Shown piece by piece: positions 48,382 to 61,199 of a DNA stretch of 64,000 nucleotides. The notes beneath the pieces are model-generated. The model was not told where the DNA came from and made no database searches. It saw only the letters and a program-made list of their open reading frames with translations. Position 1 is the first letter of the stretch; each line of letters starts with the position of its first letter. A program made the translations under genes and the position numbers. This stretch comes from Rhina ancylostomus (lineage: Eukaryota): assembly GCA_030265395.1 (NCBI GenBank), contig JARFYF010000001.1, forward strand, positions 44,985,220 through 45,049,219, read 5' to 3'.

Positions 48382-49368
48382 ATGCTTTATTACTCTATAA
48401 CTCTATGACACTGCCTGCTACATTCCTCTTTACAACAGGAATGGCAAAAGAATTTCAAGCACATTGAGATATCATAAGATTGCACAAGGTGCTATATGAA
48501 TGCAAGTTTCTTTCTCTAATGTAAAAGAGCATGTTTAGTCATGACCACAAAAAGAAACAAAGATATGAAAATAATGATCTTTGAAGGTTACATTGCCCAT
48601 CACAAAATATTGCAGTATTGTTGTTTAATAACACACACAATGGGCCTATGATGCAGTAAATTTAAGAACCACTGCCATTGCAAGATCCTGAATGATTTTC
48701 CAATTTTCTAGAGAGCTTAATAGAAAGTAATTAATTTTGCCTTTCTATTAAAATTGACACAAAATAGATAACAATGGAGTCCTTAGTTTATTCCATGACT
48801 GACACTGATGGCTTAGACTGATAGATGGAAAAATCTTCTATATAATGTAACCTTTACTGAAAGTGTGACCTTTTAAAAACTGTACTTCCCTTGCTTTTTA
48901 TGCATGTGCTTGGGCTGATCATCATCCTAAATGAAAGACTATGCGAGTAACCAGTTCACAGGTTCCAACTTTCCTGAAACCAGCTAACGGTAAGCAGCCT
49001 GTTGCGAATCTGTCTCACTGAGCTCTTCCCTTTCACTGGCTATAACTGACCTCCAAACACTGACTTCCCATGATGGCATGACCTACACAGAAGCTCAGAA
49101 ATCAAGAACCAAAGCTACAATACCAAAGCATAACTATCCGGATAACATACTCACTGCATGTTCCATTTATACCATCAGAATTACTTACTAGAATTAGAGT
49201 ATGATACAGGCTTTTATTTTTACAACATTATATTTGCTTAATTGAATGGAAGCATGAAAGACATTTCAGTGCTCCCCAGAGCAATACAATGCTACTCCAA
49301 AATAATATATGGAGCTTATGAGAATATGCACTTGCTTGCACATACTGATTATGAATAGACAGGTGCAG

Positions 49369-49373
<5 letters not shown>

Positions 49374-49399
<26 letters not shown>
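49374..49399. repeat. (AT)13 microsatellite
   Basis: Read directly from the sequence. Confidence 0.95.
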
Positions 49400-50147
49400 G
49401 TGACAAAATTATATACTGACAATATTCTATTAGTGAACTGACTTGAGAACTACTGAGTAACAGTAATTGTAATTGAATAATACATAGATTTTATTTAATG
49501 AAATGCAATGGGAGGGATGACACAAAAATTTACAATTTGTGAAAACATTGGCCAGCGGTTCTTCCACGCCAGGAACAGTGTGTTATTTGGCTGATATGCA
49601 GCATGCCATTGTGTGTTTAAAGTATGAGAATTTCTAATACGTTTTTGGTGCACCCTATTGATACTTCAGTTACAAGTGGATTGAATGACATATTACAGCT
49701 GTTCTAAGGTCAAATTAATTAAAGCAATAAGAATAATTATTAAACATGTTTTATTAATAGAAATAGTGGAAATAAATCTTCAGAAAGTTTCTGAACATGA
49801 ATTAGGAGCAAGTTTCGGAGAAGGGTCTATCGCGACAATGCAAAAATAACGGCAATTTCAGGGACTCATCAACAAATAAGGAAAAGTGAAATGTATACCA
49901 AATATCAAAAGAAATTAACTAAGCTGTTTGGTAGAATTAGAAGGAGACTAATAGTGTTTTGAAATATTGACCAATATGTTTTATAATAGAAGTCAATTTC
50001 TGTGGTTTATCAAATGACTTAAGAAGTTTACTTCCCTTCAAACGTCATCGGGGAGGTATTCATCAATTATTATTTTCTAAGATTGATTACATGGCAGTAT
50101 TTCCAGTTTACTGTAATAACTTGTTATAGAACATTGATTTCTTTTCT

Positions 50148-50475
50148 ATTCACTTTTGGAATCTGTCTGGCATTTATTTCTCATCCCTAATTGCTCCTGA
50201 AGGTAGTGATCAGCCATTTTTTGGAACTATTACAGTCCTTGTGGTGAAGCTACTCCCACAGTATTGTTGACCAGACTTCCAAGATTCAGACCTGTGATAA
50301 TGAAGCACCAATGATATATTTCCAAGTCAGGATGGTGTGTGACTTGGAGTGGAATCTGAAGGTGCTGATGTTCTTATGTGTCTAGTGCCCTTGTCCTTTT
50401 TGCTGAGAGAAGTCACAGGTTTGGGAGATGCTGATGGAGCATCCTGGGTGAGTAAGTGCCATGTATTTTGTGGAT
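50148..50475 (-). mobile_element. Family B LINE 3' end
   Basis: gcatttatttctcatccctaattgctcctgaagg...tatatttccaagtcaggatggtgtgtgacttggag; colinear with 9565-9872. Confidence 0.8.
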
Positions 50476-51664
50476 TGGGTTGCTGACTTTGTTTAAAATA
50501 TTAAGTGCAGGTAACTGGTTTGTTTTTCTTCATTTTACTTTATGTTTCAATTAATTTCTTGTAGCTTAAGTATCATAAATAAATAGATGCATCAATTTGA
50601 ACTGTTTCTAAATGCCTAGAGGCATTTAAAAATAGTTCAAACTTCAAAGGCCTTTGACATCAGCAAGCTGCCTTAGGCTATCAGGGTGTTCATGTTGGGG
50701 CAACATCTCAGGATGTACTACCTGAGATCTATTTGCAGCTCATGGCTCTGCTCAAGGGGTGACCATGGTAATCAGGCCTCCAGATCGATTGAACCCACAA
50801 AGCCACAAAAGGTAAATGTGGTCATGGACAAAGACTAGGGGAAAGGTGGAGGCAGCAGGCCAAACTGAACTGTCCAACCCATCATGTCTGTATCTGACTA
50901 TGACATTTTGAATTTCAGTCAGTATACAAAGATCCCTAAATCTGCTTGGACATTGTTATCCTTAACTTCAAGAAGTACTTCTAACAATCTTTGATAATTG
51001 AATTTCAGAGTTCCTCCTTGGTTTCCCGATTGTTTTTTTACTCTCTCATCCTTCATTTTCATACTTTCCCCATTTACATTGTATACTTCCCCTGCCATAT
51101 TCTCGGTTTGCCCTTATGGCATTATTCATGTGTGGTTTCTTATCAGCAGATTACAGTTGATTGCATAATTGATTTCTAATGCCATTATGTCATTTCTAAT
51201 AAATACAGTGGTTCCCACTCTATTTTACCTCTGTCTTTTCTAATAATATAGTATTATCCCGATTTAATTCTTTTCTGTAACCATTTGTCAGTAATCTTAA
51301 CTAGATCAGGTTCTTTGTACCATATTATTGCCCCCCGATTCCCCCATTTATTATGTAAAATGCAGTACAGGCAGTTTAACTTGCTTTTATTTGTTGTGTT
51401 TTTTATTTTTACAATCCTTTTCTGTGACTTCTGTCACAATGTTGATCCAGAGCAAACTCACAGAGAACCCAAATGCAGCACACTGATACAAGACTGGAGT
51501 CAGGATNNNNNNNNNNNNNNNNNNNNNNNNNNNNNNNNNNNNNNNNNNNNNNNNNNNNNNNNNNNNNNNNNNNNNNNNNNNNNNNNNNNNNNNNNNNNNN
51601 NNNNNNTTTGTAGCAACATCTCTGTTGTTGTTTTGGAGGTAGGCTGATGGAAGTAACATAGGAG

Positions 51665-51835
51665 CTGTTAGGTTAATTGATTATTGTAAATGGCTCCTTG
51701 TCAGAGAATCAAGGTGGAGTTGATGGGTAGGTGAGAGAGAACAGGTAATAGGGAAATGTGTGGGAATGGGATTGATGGGATTGCCGTAAAAGCCAGCAGA
51801 AACTCAATGGGAGAAGTGGATTCCTTGTCAAAAGA
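51665..51835 (+). mobile_element. V-SINE 3' half, old
   Basis: taggttaattgattattgtaaat...gggaatgggattgatgggattgc...agccagcagaaactcaatggg. Confidence 0.55.
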
Positions 51836-52020
51836 AATGATGCAAAATATGAAAATACTAAGGTTCAGTTGGTCGAACAGACATTGCTACCTGTTGCAGT
51901 GCAGTTGAGGTGAACACCCTGTAGCTTCTTGTTCAGACAGTGATATAATCTGTCAAGTGCCAGTGCCAAGATTGGGGTGTTGACAGGAGGTCCTGTGCTT
52001 GCCTCTGTGGTGAAAAAGGG

Positions 52021-52078
52021 TGTTTGTAAGACAAGATTGTGCTCCAGATGTTTGTAAGACAAGATTGTGCTCCAGATG
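52021..52078. repeat. Perfect 28-bp tandem duplication
   Basis: tgtttgtaagacaagattgtgctccaga x2. Confidence 0.95.
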
Positions 52079-52324
52079 CTTTGTCAGTAAGAGTTAGATT
52101 CTCCCACTCCTTCCCTGCTGATCACACCTGCCAGAAGGTTGCATCTTCTCCCATCCTGGCACTGAGGTCTCCCTCTGGGACACGGACCTTGGATTTTTCA
52201 AGGTGAGAACCTTAAATGTAGCTTTCAGGATTGGGTCCTTTGCATTGATGACTGTTGTGAGTTGATTCTGGTTAGAAAAGCTCAGATAGTCATGAGGCCT
52301 TCATTTGTCACAATAACGCATTTC

Positions 52325-53350
52325 AGGTCAAACAAGCTTCCCAATGCAATGGAACTAAGCTACAGGCCTAATGAAAAACTGTTCGACCTACATCGCCTCC
52401 ACTTAAGAACCACAGCAGGCAGACGATGTTTGTGTACATGTGCATTCAGAGGCCAAGCTCCAAAACATTGTCAGCTCATTCACCGAAACAAATGAGAGGA
52501 TGAGCCTTACACTCAAAACAAAGGTCCTTGACCAGCTTCAGTTGCTCTACAATCCCACTGTCTGACATTGGGTTTCCATAACAAAACACCAGAACAGTGG
52601 AAAAGTGTCTGGAGAGCCACTTCTCAGCAAAGGATGGCATCAGTGCTGAAATTCACCACAGCCACTGACCATCTGGTGAAAATAGATGTTTGAAGAGATC
52701 AGTGCTTCAAACTTAATACAAAACACATGGTCTAAGGACAGCAGGGGCCCCTGCCATCCAATGGGCTTCCCGCACTTTGACTACCTGTAATTCAACACAT
52801 TGGAGAGATAACAACAACCCTGTTTGCACAAAATCCTCTAAATTCACTGGCAGGATAAGCAACCCAACATCACTGCCCTCTCCCAGGCCAACATTCCCAG
52901 CAATGAGACCCTAATTACTCTCAGTTGGACAGGCCACATCATTTGCATGCCCAGTACTGGACAGACAAAACAGATGTTTTATTCTGAGCTCTGTCATGGG
53001 AGGAGATTACCAGGTGGACGGAGAAAAAGACACACAGATGTGTTCAAAGCCTCCTTGAGAAAGTATAGCATTTCTACCAAATCCTGAGAATCCCCAGTCC
53101 ACGATCACTCAAAGTGTGACAGGAACATTTGAAATGGCACAGAGAACCTCATGTCCATGTGTCAGTAGCACACAGAAGCCCAGCATAAATAGCACCCCCT
53201 CATAACCTATCCACCCGGCCACTCCACCAAGCACCACCTGCCCCACCTCTGGCAAATTCTGCAGGTCCTATATTGAACTCAGTCACTTCAGAACCAACAG
53301 AACTGGAGCAGAAACAAGTCAACTGTGGTTCAAGGGTACTACCTAAGAAC
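52325..53350 (+). mobile_element. RTE-clade (BovB-like) LINE, RT core to 3' end
   Basis: ORF 52262..52495 ELSYRPNEKLFDLHRL (YR.DG.LFNL.RL motif) followed by gcagacgat (ADD); WTGHIICMP near 52926; Cys-rich C-terminus; tail caagggtactacctaagaa. Confidence 0.85.
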
Positions 53351-54063
53351 AGTGCACTAAGTAGCTTATGGCTTTTAGCAATTGGTTTTCTAAGTTCCAC
53401 TACATAGCATACATGGAACTTGGGCTAAAATATTTGTTTCAAATATGTTTAGTGCAAGATTTCTTGCAAAACAGAAGCAACCAGCTTTGTGTCAACGTAT
53501 CCAAACAAGATCCAAATAAACCAGCCCCTCTGATAGAGATCTTTGTAGAAAATGTAACCCCCTTTCATAACACAAATAAATAACATTTGTGCTAATATGC
53601 ATGGCACAAATCACCTACATGAATAAGGAAGGCCAGTGAGATAGGCTGGTTGTAACAGCTCCAGAAAAGAATGGACCTGTTTAATAATATACTTTGTAAT
53701 GCCTTAAATTTAAACTGCAAACAGATATTGAAGGTTTTGCAAGTAAGAAGCACACTTGCAATGTCTCAAGTTCATGTTATTGTAGTCCTGATAATTACTT
53801 TATAATCATATTCATATCAACATGGTAGCTAGCTATTTTTAAAAGTAGATGATAAGCTATTCTCCCAGTTGCACCAGGTATTAAGAGATATCCTTGCTAT
53901 TTTTCCACTAGCTGGTCTCAACATTTAATGCTCCTGTTGGAATTTTGCATCAATTCAGTGTGAGTCGGCATTAATTGTCTTACTTCAGAATTTTGGCTTA
54001 AATGCAGAAAGTGATACAACAAACAACTCAAAGTAAGCTTTTTTTTTACACTCTAAGTAAATA

Positions 54064-54315
54064 TTTTTAAATTAAATTTTATTTACAGTGTGGTAACAGG
54101 CCCTTCCGGCCCAATGAGTCCGCGCTGCCCATTTTTAAACCCCAAATTAACCTACCCGTACGTCTTTGGAATGTGGGAGGAAACCGGAGCACCCGGAGGA
54201 AACCCACACAGACACGGAAGAACGTACAAACTCCTTACAGGTATTGGCGGGAATTGAACCCAGGTCACTGGTGCTGTAATAGCGTCATGCTAACCACTAC
54301 GCTACCATGCCGCCC
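54064..54315 (-). mobile_element. Full-length young HE1-like V-SINE with CR1 tail
   Basis: On -: gggcggcatggTAGCGTAGTGGttagc...GGTTCAATTCC (A/B boxes), V-domain, tail ttgggccggaagggcctgttaccacactgtaaataaaat; many CpGs intact. Confidence 0.93.
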
Positions 54316-55819
54316 TCAGAGATGTTAAAATTTTTACCCACTTTTTTTCAATATTACAACAAATCAATACCTTCAAAACAATCTAACTGCCAGTAAAGTA
54401 ATTAATAATGGTGTGAATTGTGCTATACAATTCAACTTTTTACTTTAGTGGCAGCAAAATTCCAGACTATCTTGCTATCCATGATCAGATATTTTTCTTG
54501 TTATCTGGTTCAAACATGTGCCATCACAACAAGCAGTAGGAAACGTCTGAAGCCTGTCAAGAGTATATTTTGTTGAATGGTTCTTCTACCCAGCAATGAA
54601 TGCACCAGGTTATCTTTCTTATTTTCAATGTCAAATGGAAAAATAGTTTCCACAATTTCTATTTCTTCTCGCAACATTTTGCAAAGGAACTAATGTATTC
54701 AGGACAATTTTTTTGAAGTAAACAACTGGAAATAATTATGTAATTTTAGAACAATGAAAGTCAAAATGAAAGATCACCAATGATTACAACATTTCATTAA
54801 TCTTATAGTTTGACTTTATCTTTGAAATATGTTCCTGATAACAATAATCTGGTTAACATAATTTTATGTTTGGATGGCTAAGTAATTTTGACAAGAAAAC
54901 TTTCCACCAGACCTGGGTCAAAAGAAGTGCATCTTACTATCTCAAGGAGTCATAACTCCAGCAGTTTAAAAGCACTATTTATTACCTGAACTTTACAATC
55001 TGGCATTATTAATCTTTACCTGACACTAAAGTATGTTAATATATGACCACACAGATTCAAAGGCAGAGTTCTACAGAGCTTTATCTGATGAAGCAACTTG
55101 GCCCATCAGTTAATGTTTTTGTTGACATTAAATAAGAAAAGTCACTCCTAAGTCAGCTGCCTAAAGTCGCACTTGAACATTAGCATTTCGCACATAAACA
55201 AAAGAACTACTGTACCTGCAAGGGGACAAGTTCAAAGCTACCACAGAGAAATCTCATCCCTGCCCACAATATAAATATTTCACATTAATCAAAAAAAGGT
55301 GGAGTACAACAAGCTCAATAGATAGAATGTAAAACTGTAAAAGATAAAAGTCAATAGCCACATTTCAAAGAGATCAGGACTAATGGACAACAGAAACCTG
55401 TTCTAGTGTCAATGAAAACATTGCTCTGTAGTACTGTACTGCCAGAAGGTAAGCAGCAGGGGGCTCATCGATACCGGTCTAGTATTGGAGCAGTTTTACC
55501 CATTTTAGAATGATCTGGCCAGACTCTCAGATACAGACAAAGCTACCTTTATGAAATGGAGATCACAGCTTTAGTAAACAGCATCAAACATCCTAATAAT
55601 TCCTCAACAGGTAAAAAAATACAATGCCAAAGATACTCTTATTAAAAGGTAACATTGCCTCTAGCTTGATTCAATGCATTATTGAAAACAATGTTACATG
55701 CATGCTTTCTAAATTCAGAATCTACTAATGAATGATCAAAAGCTTTTGAGCAGCAGAAACACCAGTTAAAAAGAAGAACTTGTATAATCTCTCTACTTCA
55801 ATAGCTGGGATGAAACATC

Positions 55820-56100
55820 TTTAAATGCTGACAAGAAATGCTTTCATTTCAATATGGCTGTTGACTGCTGCTGAGAGAAAAAAAGAAATTAATTTGATAA
55901 ATGATTCTGGCAGTGATAGTCAGGCCAAAGGAGGCTACAAAATGAAACAGCACCAAACACAATTTCACTATAACTATTTAATGTTTAGGGCTTTCATTTT
56001 TCTACATAAGTGAATCTATTATTTAAAAGAGAAATGGTATTTCTGCTGTCACTATAAATATAACAGCATTTAAGCAATTTGGAGATATTGAAGGAAGTTA
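55820..56100. promoter_or_regulatory. Candidate conserved non-coding enhancer (PBX-HOX plus MEIS)
   Basis: TGATAAATGA at 55895; TGACAA 55829; TGGCAG 55908; AATTAATT core; inside a long repeat-free stretch. Confidence 0.4.
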
Positions 56101-58265
56101 CTGCTTTATTGACAGAAATAGATGCAAGTTTCAAATATGAAAACTATGAAGAATAAATTATTTATCATATACAACCATGGGAGTAGCTCTCTCATTTGCT
56201 AATTTAATAGACTTGATCCATTTTATGAAGTGTTGAAGTGTTTAATAATGACATTTAGCTGTGCAATGATTTGAAATAACAGTGATAGGTTAGTCTATTA
56301 ACACAGATAATTATCGTCATGCATTGCTGCTGATTTGACCTGGAGCTTCTAGAAGCAGGTTCTCCTTTATAATTTTCTTTAATCTGGTAATACACTATCT
56401 GTAACTGTTATTCCAATCTCTGTGCTTTTCTAAAACTCTTTTAGACCACCACTCCTAATATAGCAACATAATGTTATTTTCTTTTTTCTAATCTTAGAAC
56501 ATACCTGAGAAAGCCAAGGGGATATACTTGTATCGACCTTACTGTGTTTGTGAAAGAAATAACTAAAGGTAAAAAAAATTAAAATTGCACTCAGAAATTT
56601 TCTTACCTTTTACTTCTGCTTTTGTTATAAAAACATTTACAATTTCTTGTCTGGCAGTGGGACTAGTTGCCTTTTACATCCATTACATGTTCAATGATGG
56701 TGTTTTTGTGGCCAGTTACTCTTGTGTGTTCAGATCCAATGAGAACAGCATCAAGACAGCAAAGATTTATGGGCCTGGGTCTGAACTGCACCACAGAGTT
56801 TACCCCCCACCTCCACTCAGCAAGTTTTGATTTTATGCCACAACCAGTCAACTTAATAAGCATAATTCAGAGAATTAAATATCAATATTTTACACATTTC
56901 ACACATTGCATAGGGTTTATAAGTCTGAATATAATTATTAAATACATTACAGTTGCTGGACTTACAGCAAGGAAAACTGTGTCAGCTGATAATTCTCTTT
57001 GGCTTTCCCTAAAGTATGAGTTTTGCAAGTTTTTCTAAGGTTCATCTGTGGCAAGGAGGAATGACACTGTCCAGGAACTGGAAAATTTCTACATCTCTTT
57101 AACAGATAGCCTGGCTGTTCTCTAAAGAGCAACATCAACAGAATCCATGCCAGCACACTGGAATATTCTCCCTTCCCTGGAAGGATGTATGGGTACAGAT
57201 GGTTAGCAGGCTGTTGGATAAATTAAAGTAAAAATGACAGTGTGGAGTTCTGCATAAAATGAACTTTCTCAATTGTAACAGGACAAAAAGTTCTTATCCA
57301 TCAGATTCAAAAGGCTTGGTGTTATTAATGTTTCAAAATAATAAATTGATAGCAATGCTGGAAACTTTGTTAAATATTGTGATTTTCTTCATTTCTTTGT
57401 AGCTCGGAGATGAGGAAAGTTGCCAGTAAGGTAAAAAGAAGACACTTCAGTGCCTAATACATCTGAGACAATTAATGGCTGACAGTAAGCTGAGCTTGAG
57501 CAGTTTATGAATGTCAGATGAACCCCAAGATTGAATTACTGCCTGAAAGTGAGTGCCAGACATTTATTATTTGATGTAATATATAGTTTTAATGTTATGC
57601 GACAAACTGAGCAGGGTAGAGGCAGCGTGAGGTAGATGGAAAAGTAATAAAGATGGTAGTGATCTAAGAGCTGCCAGCATATGGCATCACATGACTAATA
57701 CCATGCAGAAGCAGAACTTTGTTTTCAAGTAGATTACAGTAAAATGTACCCCATACTGTGTATCATTTCTAATTATTGTACTTCCACAAAGGCTCAGTAA
57801 GACTGATTCTTAGTTTTCAGTACTCTAAAATAGCTGTGCTTTCTGTTATGCAGTGTTGGTTACAAGTTCTTTTTGTAAATACACATTGTACCCGGAAGTT
57901 GAACCAGTCTCTAAACCTGTGTTTGGAACATCTGGTGCTACTAATTGTTCTGATTGCTACCTGATGCACTTAGAATTGCTTCCTTTCCCTTGGCTTGTGA
58001 CCTGTACTGGAACAGACCTGTCACAACCTGTACAATCACGATCAATGAGTAACTTAGCCTTAGTGTTTACCTACCGCAGTTGCCAGCTTCTTTACAAAAT
58101 GAATATTATTGTTTACTTGCTTGGAAACCTTTCTTGAGGGTCATTTGTACAGTGACTGCTGTTCATGACTCATGGCAATCTATTACTGGTACCAGCAGAA
58201 AGTGAATAATTCAGCTGTAAGTCTGTATAAAGGAATCGCAGAAGTTATAATGTCTACTTGAAAGT

Positions 58266-58620
58266 ACATAGAATTACACAGAATTTTACAGTACAGAAAC
58301 AGGCCATNNNNNNNNNNNNNNNNNNNNNNNNNNNNNNNNNNNNNNNNNNNNNNNNNNNNNNNNNNNNNNNNNNNNNNNNNNNNNNNNNNNNNNNNNNNNN
58401 NNNNNNNCAGAATTTTACAGTACAGAAACAGGCCATTCTGCCCAGCTGGTCTAACTGGCAGCTTTTGACTTAGATGCAAACCTCCTGTGAACCTAACATC
58501 ATCTTACCTGATCAACATATGCATTTGGTCCTTGCTCCCTCATGTGTCTGGATAAATTTAATTGCACTATTCGAAACATAGTTTAATGTAGGCAGAATTC
58601 TTTCTCTCTTACTGATCCAA
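58266..58620 (-). mobile_element. CR1 3' tail, with a 29-bp duplication across a 100-N gap
   Basis: acagtacagaaacaggccattctgccca; 58279-58307 equals 58408-58436. Confidence 0.65.
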
Positions 58621-59124
58621 CCAAATTCCAAGGACAAATGAACGGCTTTCCTCTGAAATATGGATTACTTTTCATATTTGTCATGTCACCAAAATGATAT
58701 TTTGAAGTGCAATCATAATACATGTGTCTAAAAGCTGAAGTGTGCATTGCTACACTTTAGTGTGCATCGTGATTCAATTCCAGTGAAAAAAATCAATTGT
58801 ATATCAATCATGTCACAGTTAGTTGCATGAGGTCCAAGATCTCCCTGCCACATACCTGTTGTGTTGATTCAAAGACTTGTGTGGTGGCATCCGAAAGTGT
58901 GCAAGGCTCGTCTCAGCAACACTTCTGGGATTATCATCCTCATCCATGTGTCTGCAGGAGAATGTGGGCCATTCATACTGAAGCTTGTGAGGCCCACATA
59001 AACATATAAAGCGAAACTGCCTGAAGTTACTGACTCCCAGTCTGTGGAGAACAACACTGCAATACCACTTCTGGTCTGTTTGTTTTTAAGTAACATACTT
59101 ATTTACAGAGGTACCAAAGCATGC

Positions 59125-59850
59125 CCACCTTCTCCTGACCCTTGCCCACCACCTCACCCTGATCAGAACCTGACTACTGATGGTTGAACCAGCATCTTCC
59201 CTCCCCGAACCTTTTCACTGATCCCTGGCTGCCGACTCCAACCACCATCCACCACTCTCCCCATTGACCTCCAGCTGCTGGTCAGACCCAATAATCTCTG
59301 CCTATTAACCCCTCCCCCCCCATGCCAATCCCCAGCTCTCGTCTCTGGATGCAGTCCCTGGATGTTCAATCCCCCATCATCCCTGGCTGTTGACCCACCT
59401 CTTCATTGATCCCTACTGCCCGAACCTCACCCCCTACCTATAATTTCTGGCTGTTGAACATGACTATCAACTCCCACCCTCCTCACTTCTGAAGGAGGTG
59501 GTGAAATCATGCACAATCACTACATTTATGAAGGATTTAGACAGACACCTAAATAGGCACGGCAAAGGATACAGTTCTAATGCAAGCAAATGAGGATTGG
59601 CATGGATGGGCAAAAAGGTTTGCATGGATGTGATGGACTGAAGGGCCTGTTTCTCTGCTGTACAACTCTATGACTAATTGTCTACAAGCCCTACTGATGC
59701 CATATTCTGTCCACTCACCTCCATCAATACCTGGCTGTTGAACTGCATTCCAATCCGTGATTGCCAACCACCTTTGCCATCCTGTACTCTACCCCAGTCA
59801 TTCCCCCAGCCCAATCCTGGCCTCTTTCCCTTCTCCTCTTACCCTGCCCC
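59125..59850. repeat. Degenerate C-rich minisatellite-like tract
   Basis: Recurrent (at)ccctggctg(tt)ga core near 59221, 59355, 59381, 59447 and 59730; split by a CR1 tail. Confidence 0.55.
59488..59675 (+). mobile_element. CR1 3' end inserted in the C-rich tract
   Basis: gaaggaggtggtgaaatca...tttagacagacacc...gatggactgaagggcctgtttctctgctgtacaactctatgact. Confidence 0.88.
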
Positions 59851-59984
59851 CAGCATCTGGAGCCAGACGGGCTTGTTTTCCTTTGTGCTCTTTGTGCTGG
59901 GAAATTGTGCAGAAGAAAGGGCTTTAATTGGGTAAGGCCTATTCAGTAATGCACATAAATGCTTTAACCTTATGTGCAACTGAA

Positions 59985-60207
59985 CATAGCAGTTCTGAAA
60001 CATATTGACGAGGTGGATGCTGAGAAAATGTTTTTCCAAGTGGAGGCACCCAGAACGAAGAGTCTTAGTTTCAGAAAAAAAAAGGGTCATCCACTTAAGA
60101 TACAGGTAAGGAGGAATTTTTTCTCTCAGAAGGCTGTGACTCTTTGGAATTCTTCACTCCAGGCAGCTGTGGAGGTGAAGACATTCATGACAGACTGACA
60201 AACATTT
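59985..60207 (+). mobile_element. CR1 ORF2 C-terminal fragment
   Basis: ORF 59974..60198 DEVDAEKMF...RRNFFSQKAVTLWNSSLQAAVE. Confidence 0.85.
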
Positions 60208-60424
60208 GTTATTGGTATCGGTTTATTATTGTCACTTGTGCCAAGGTACAGTGAAAAATTTGTCTTGCATACTGATCGTACAGGACAATTCATTACACAG
60301 TGCAGTTACATTGAGTTAGTACAGAGTGCATTGAGGTAGTACAGGTGGAAACAATAACAGTATAGAGTAAAGTGTCACAGCTACAGAGAAAGTGCAGTGC
60401 AATAAGGTGCAAGGTCACAACAAG
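60208..60424 (-). mobile_element. Rex1/Babar LINE 3' UTR running into a gap
   Basis: Reverse complement closely matches 48165-48381. Confidence 0.9.
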
Positions 60425-61199
60425 NNNNNNNNNNNNNNNNNNNNNNNNNNNNNNNNNNNNNNNNNNNNNNNNNNNNNNNNNNNNNNNNNNNNNNNNNNNN
60501 NNNNNNNNNNNNNNNNNNNNNNNNNNNNNNNNNNNNNNNNNNNNNNNNNNNNNNNNNNNNNNNNNNNNNNNNNNNNNNNNNNNNNNNNNNNNNNNNNNNN
60601 NNNNNNNNNNNNNNNNNNNNNNNNNNNNNNNNNNNNNNNNNNNNNNNNNNNNNNNNNNNNNNNNNNNNNNNNNNNNNNNNNNNNNNNNNNNNNNNNNNNN
60701 NNNNNNNNNNNNNNNNNNNNNNNNNNNNNNNNNNNNNNNNNNNNNNNNNNNNNNNNNNNNNNNNNNNNNNNNNNNNNNNNNNNNNNNNNNNNNNNNNNNN
60801 NNNNNNNNNNNNNNNNNNNNNNNNNNNNNNNNNNNNNNNNNNNNNNNNNNNNNNNNNNNNNNNNNNNNNNNNNNNNNNNNNNNNNNNNNNNNNNNNNNNN
60901 NNNNNNNNNNNNNNNNNNNNNNNNNNNNNNNNNNNNNNNNNNNNNNNNNNNNNNNNNNNNNNNNNNNNNNNNNNNNNNNNNNNNNNNNNNNNNNNTTGTA
61001 TTTTGACTGAGCATGTTGAATGTCTGCACCATGGATAGCCCAGCTACAAAATCCTACAGTCCACCTACACTGATGTTACCATTCTCTCTATACTCAAGGC
61101 ACTTGTAGACTGAGAACAGCTGGGCAATATTAAGACACTCTCAGACCACTTCAGGCAACAGAAGTTCTGTTTGAAATTCAGTAGGTGAGTATCACACTG

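Noticed and set aside
52021-52078. 28-bp direct repeat of CRISPR-like length
   Set aside because: Only two adjacent copies, no spacer, vertebrate context, no cas genes.
54250-54315. tRNA-like A/B boxes (also 43901-43965)
   Set aside because: These are SINE heads continuing into V-domain and LINE tail; no complete cloverleaf or acceptor stem.
58279-58436. 29-bp direct repeat
   Set aside because: Flanks a 100-N gap exactly; best explained as a contig overlap rather than biology.
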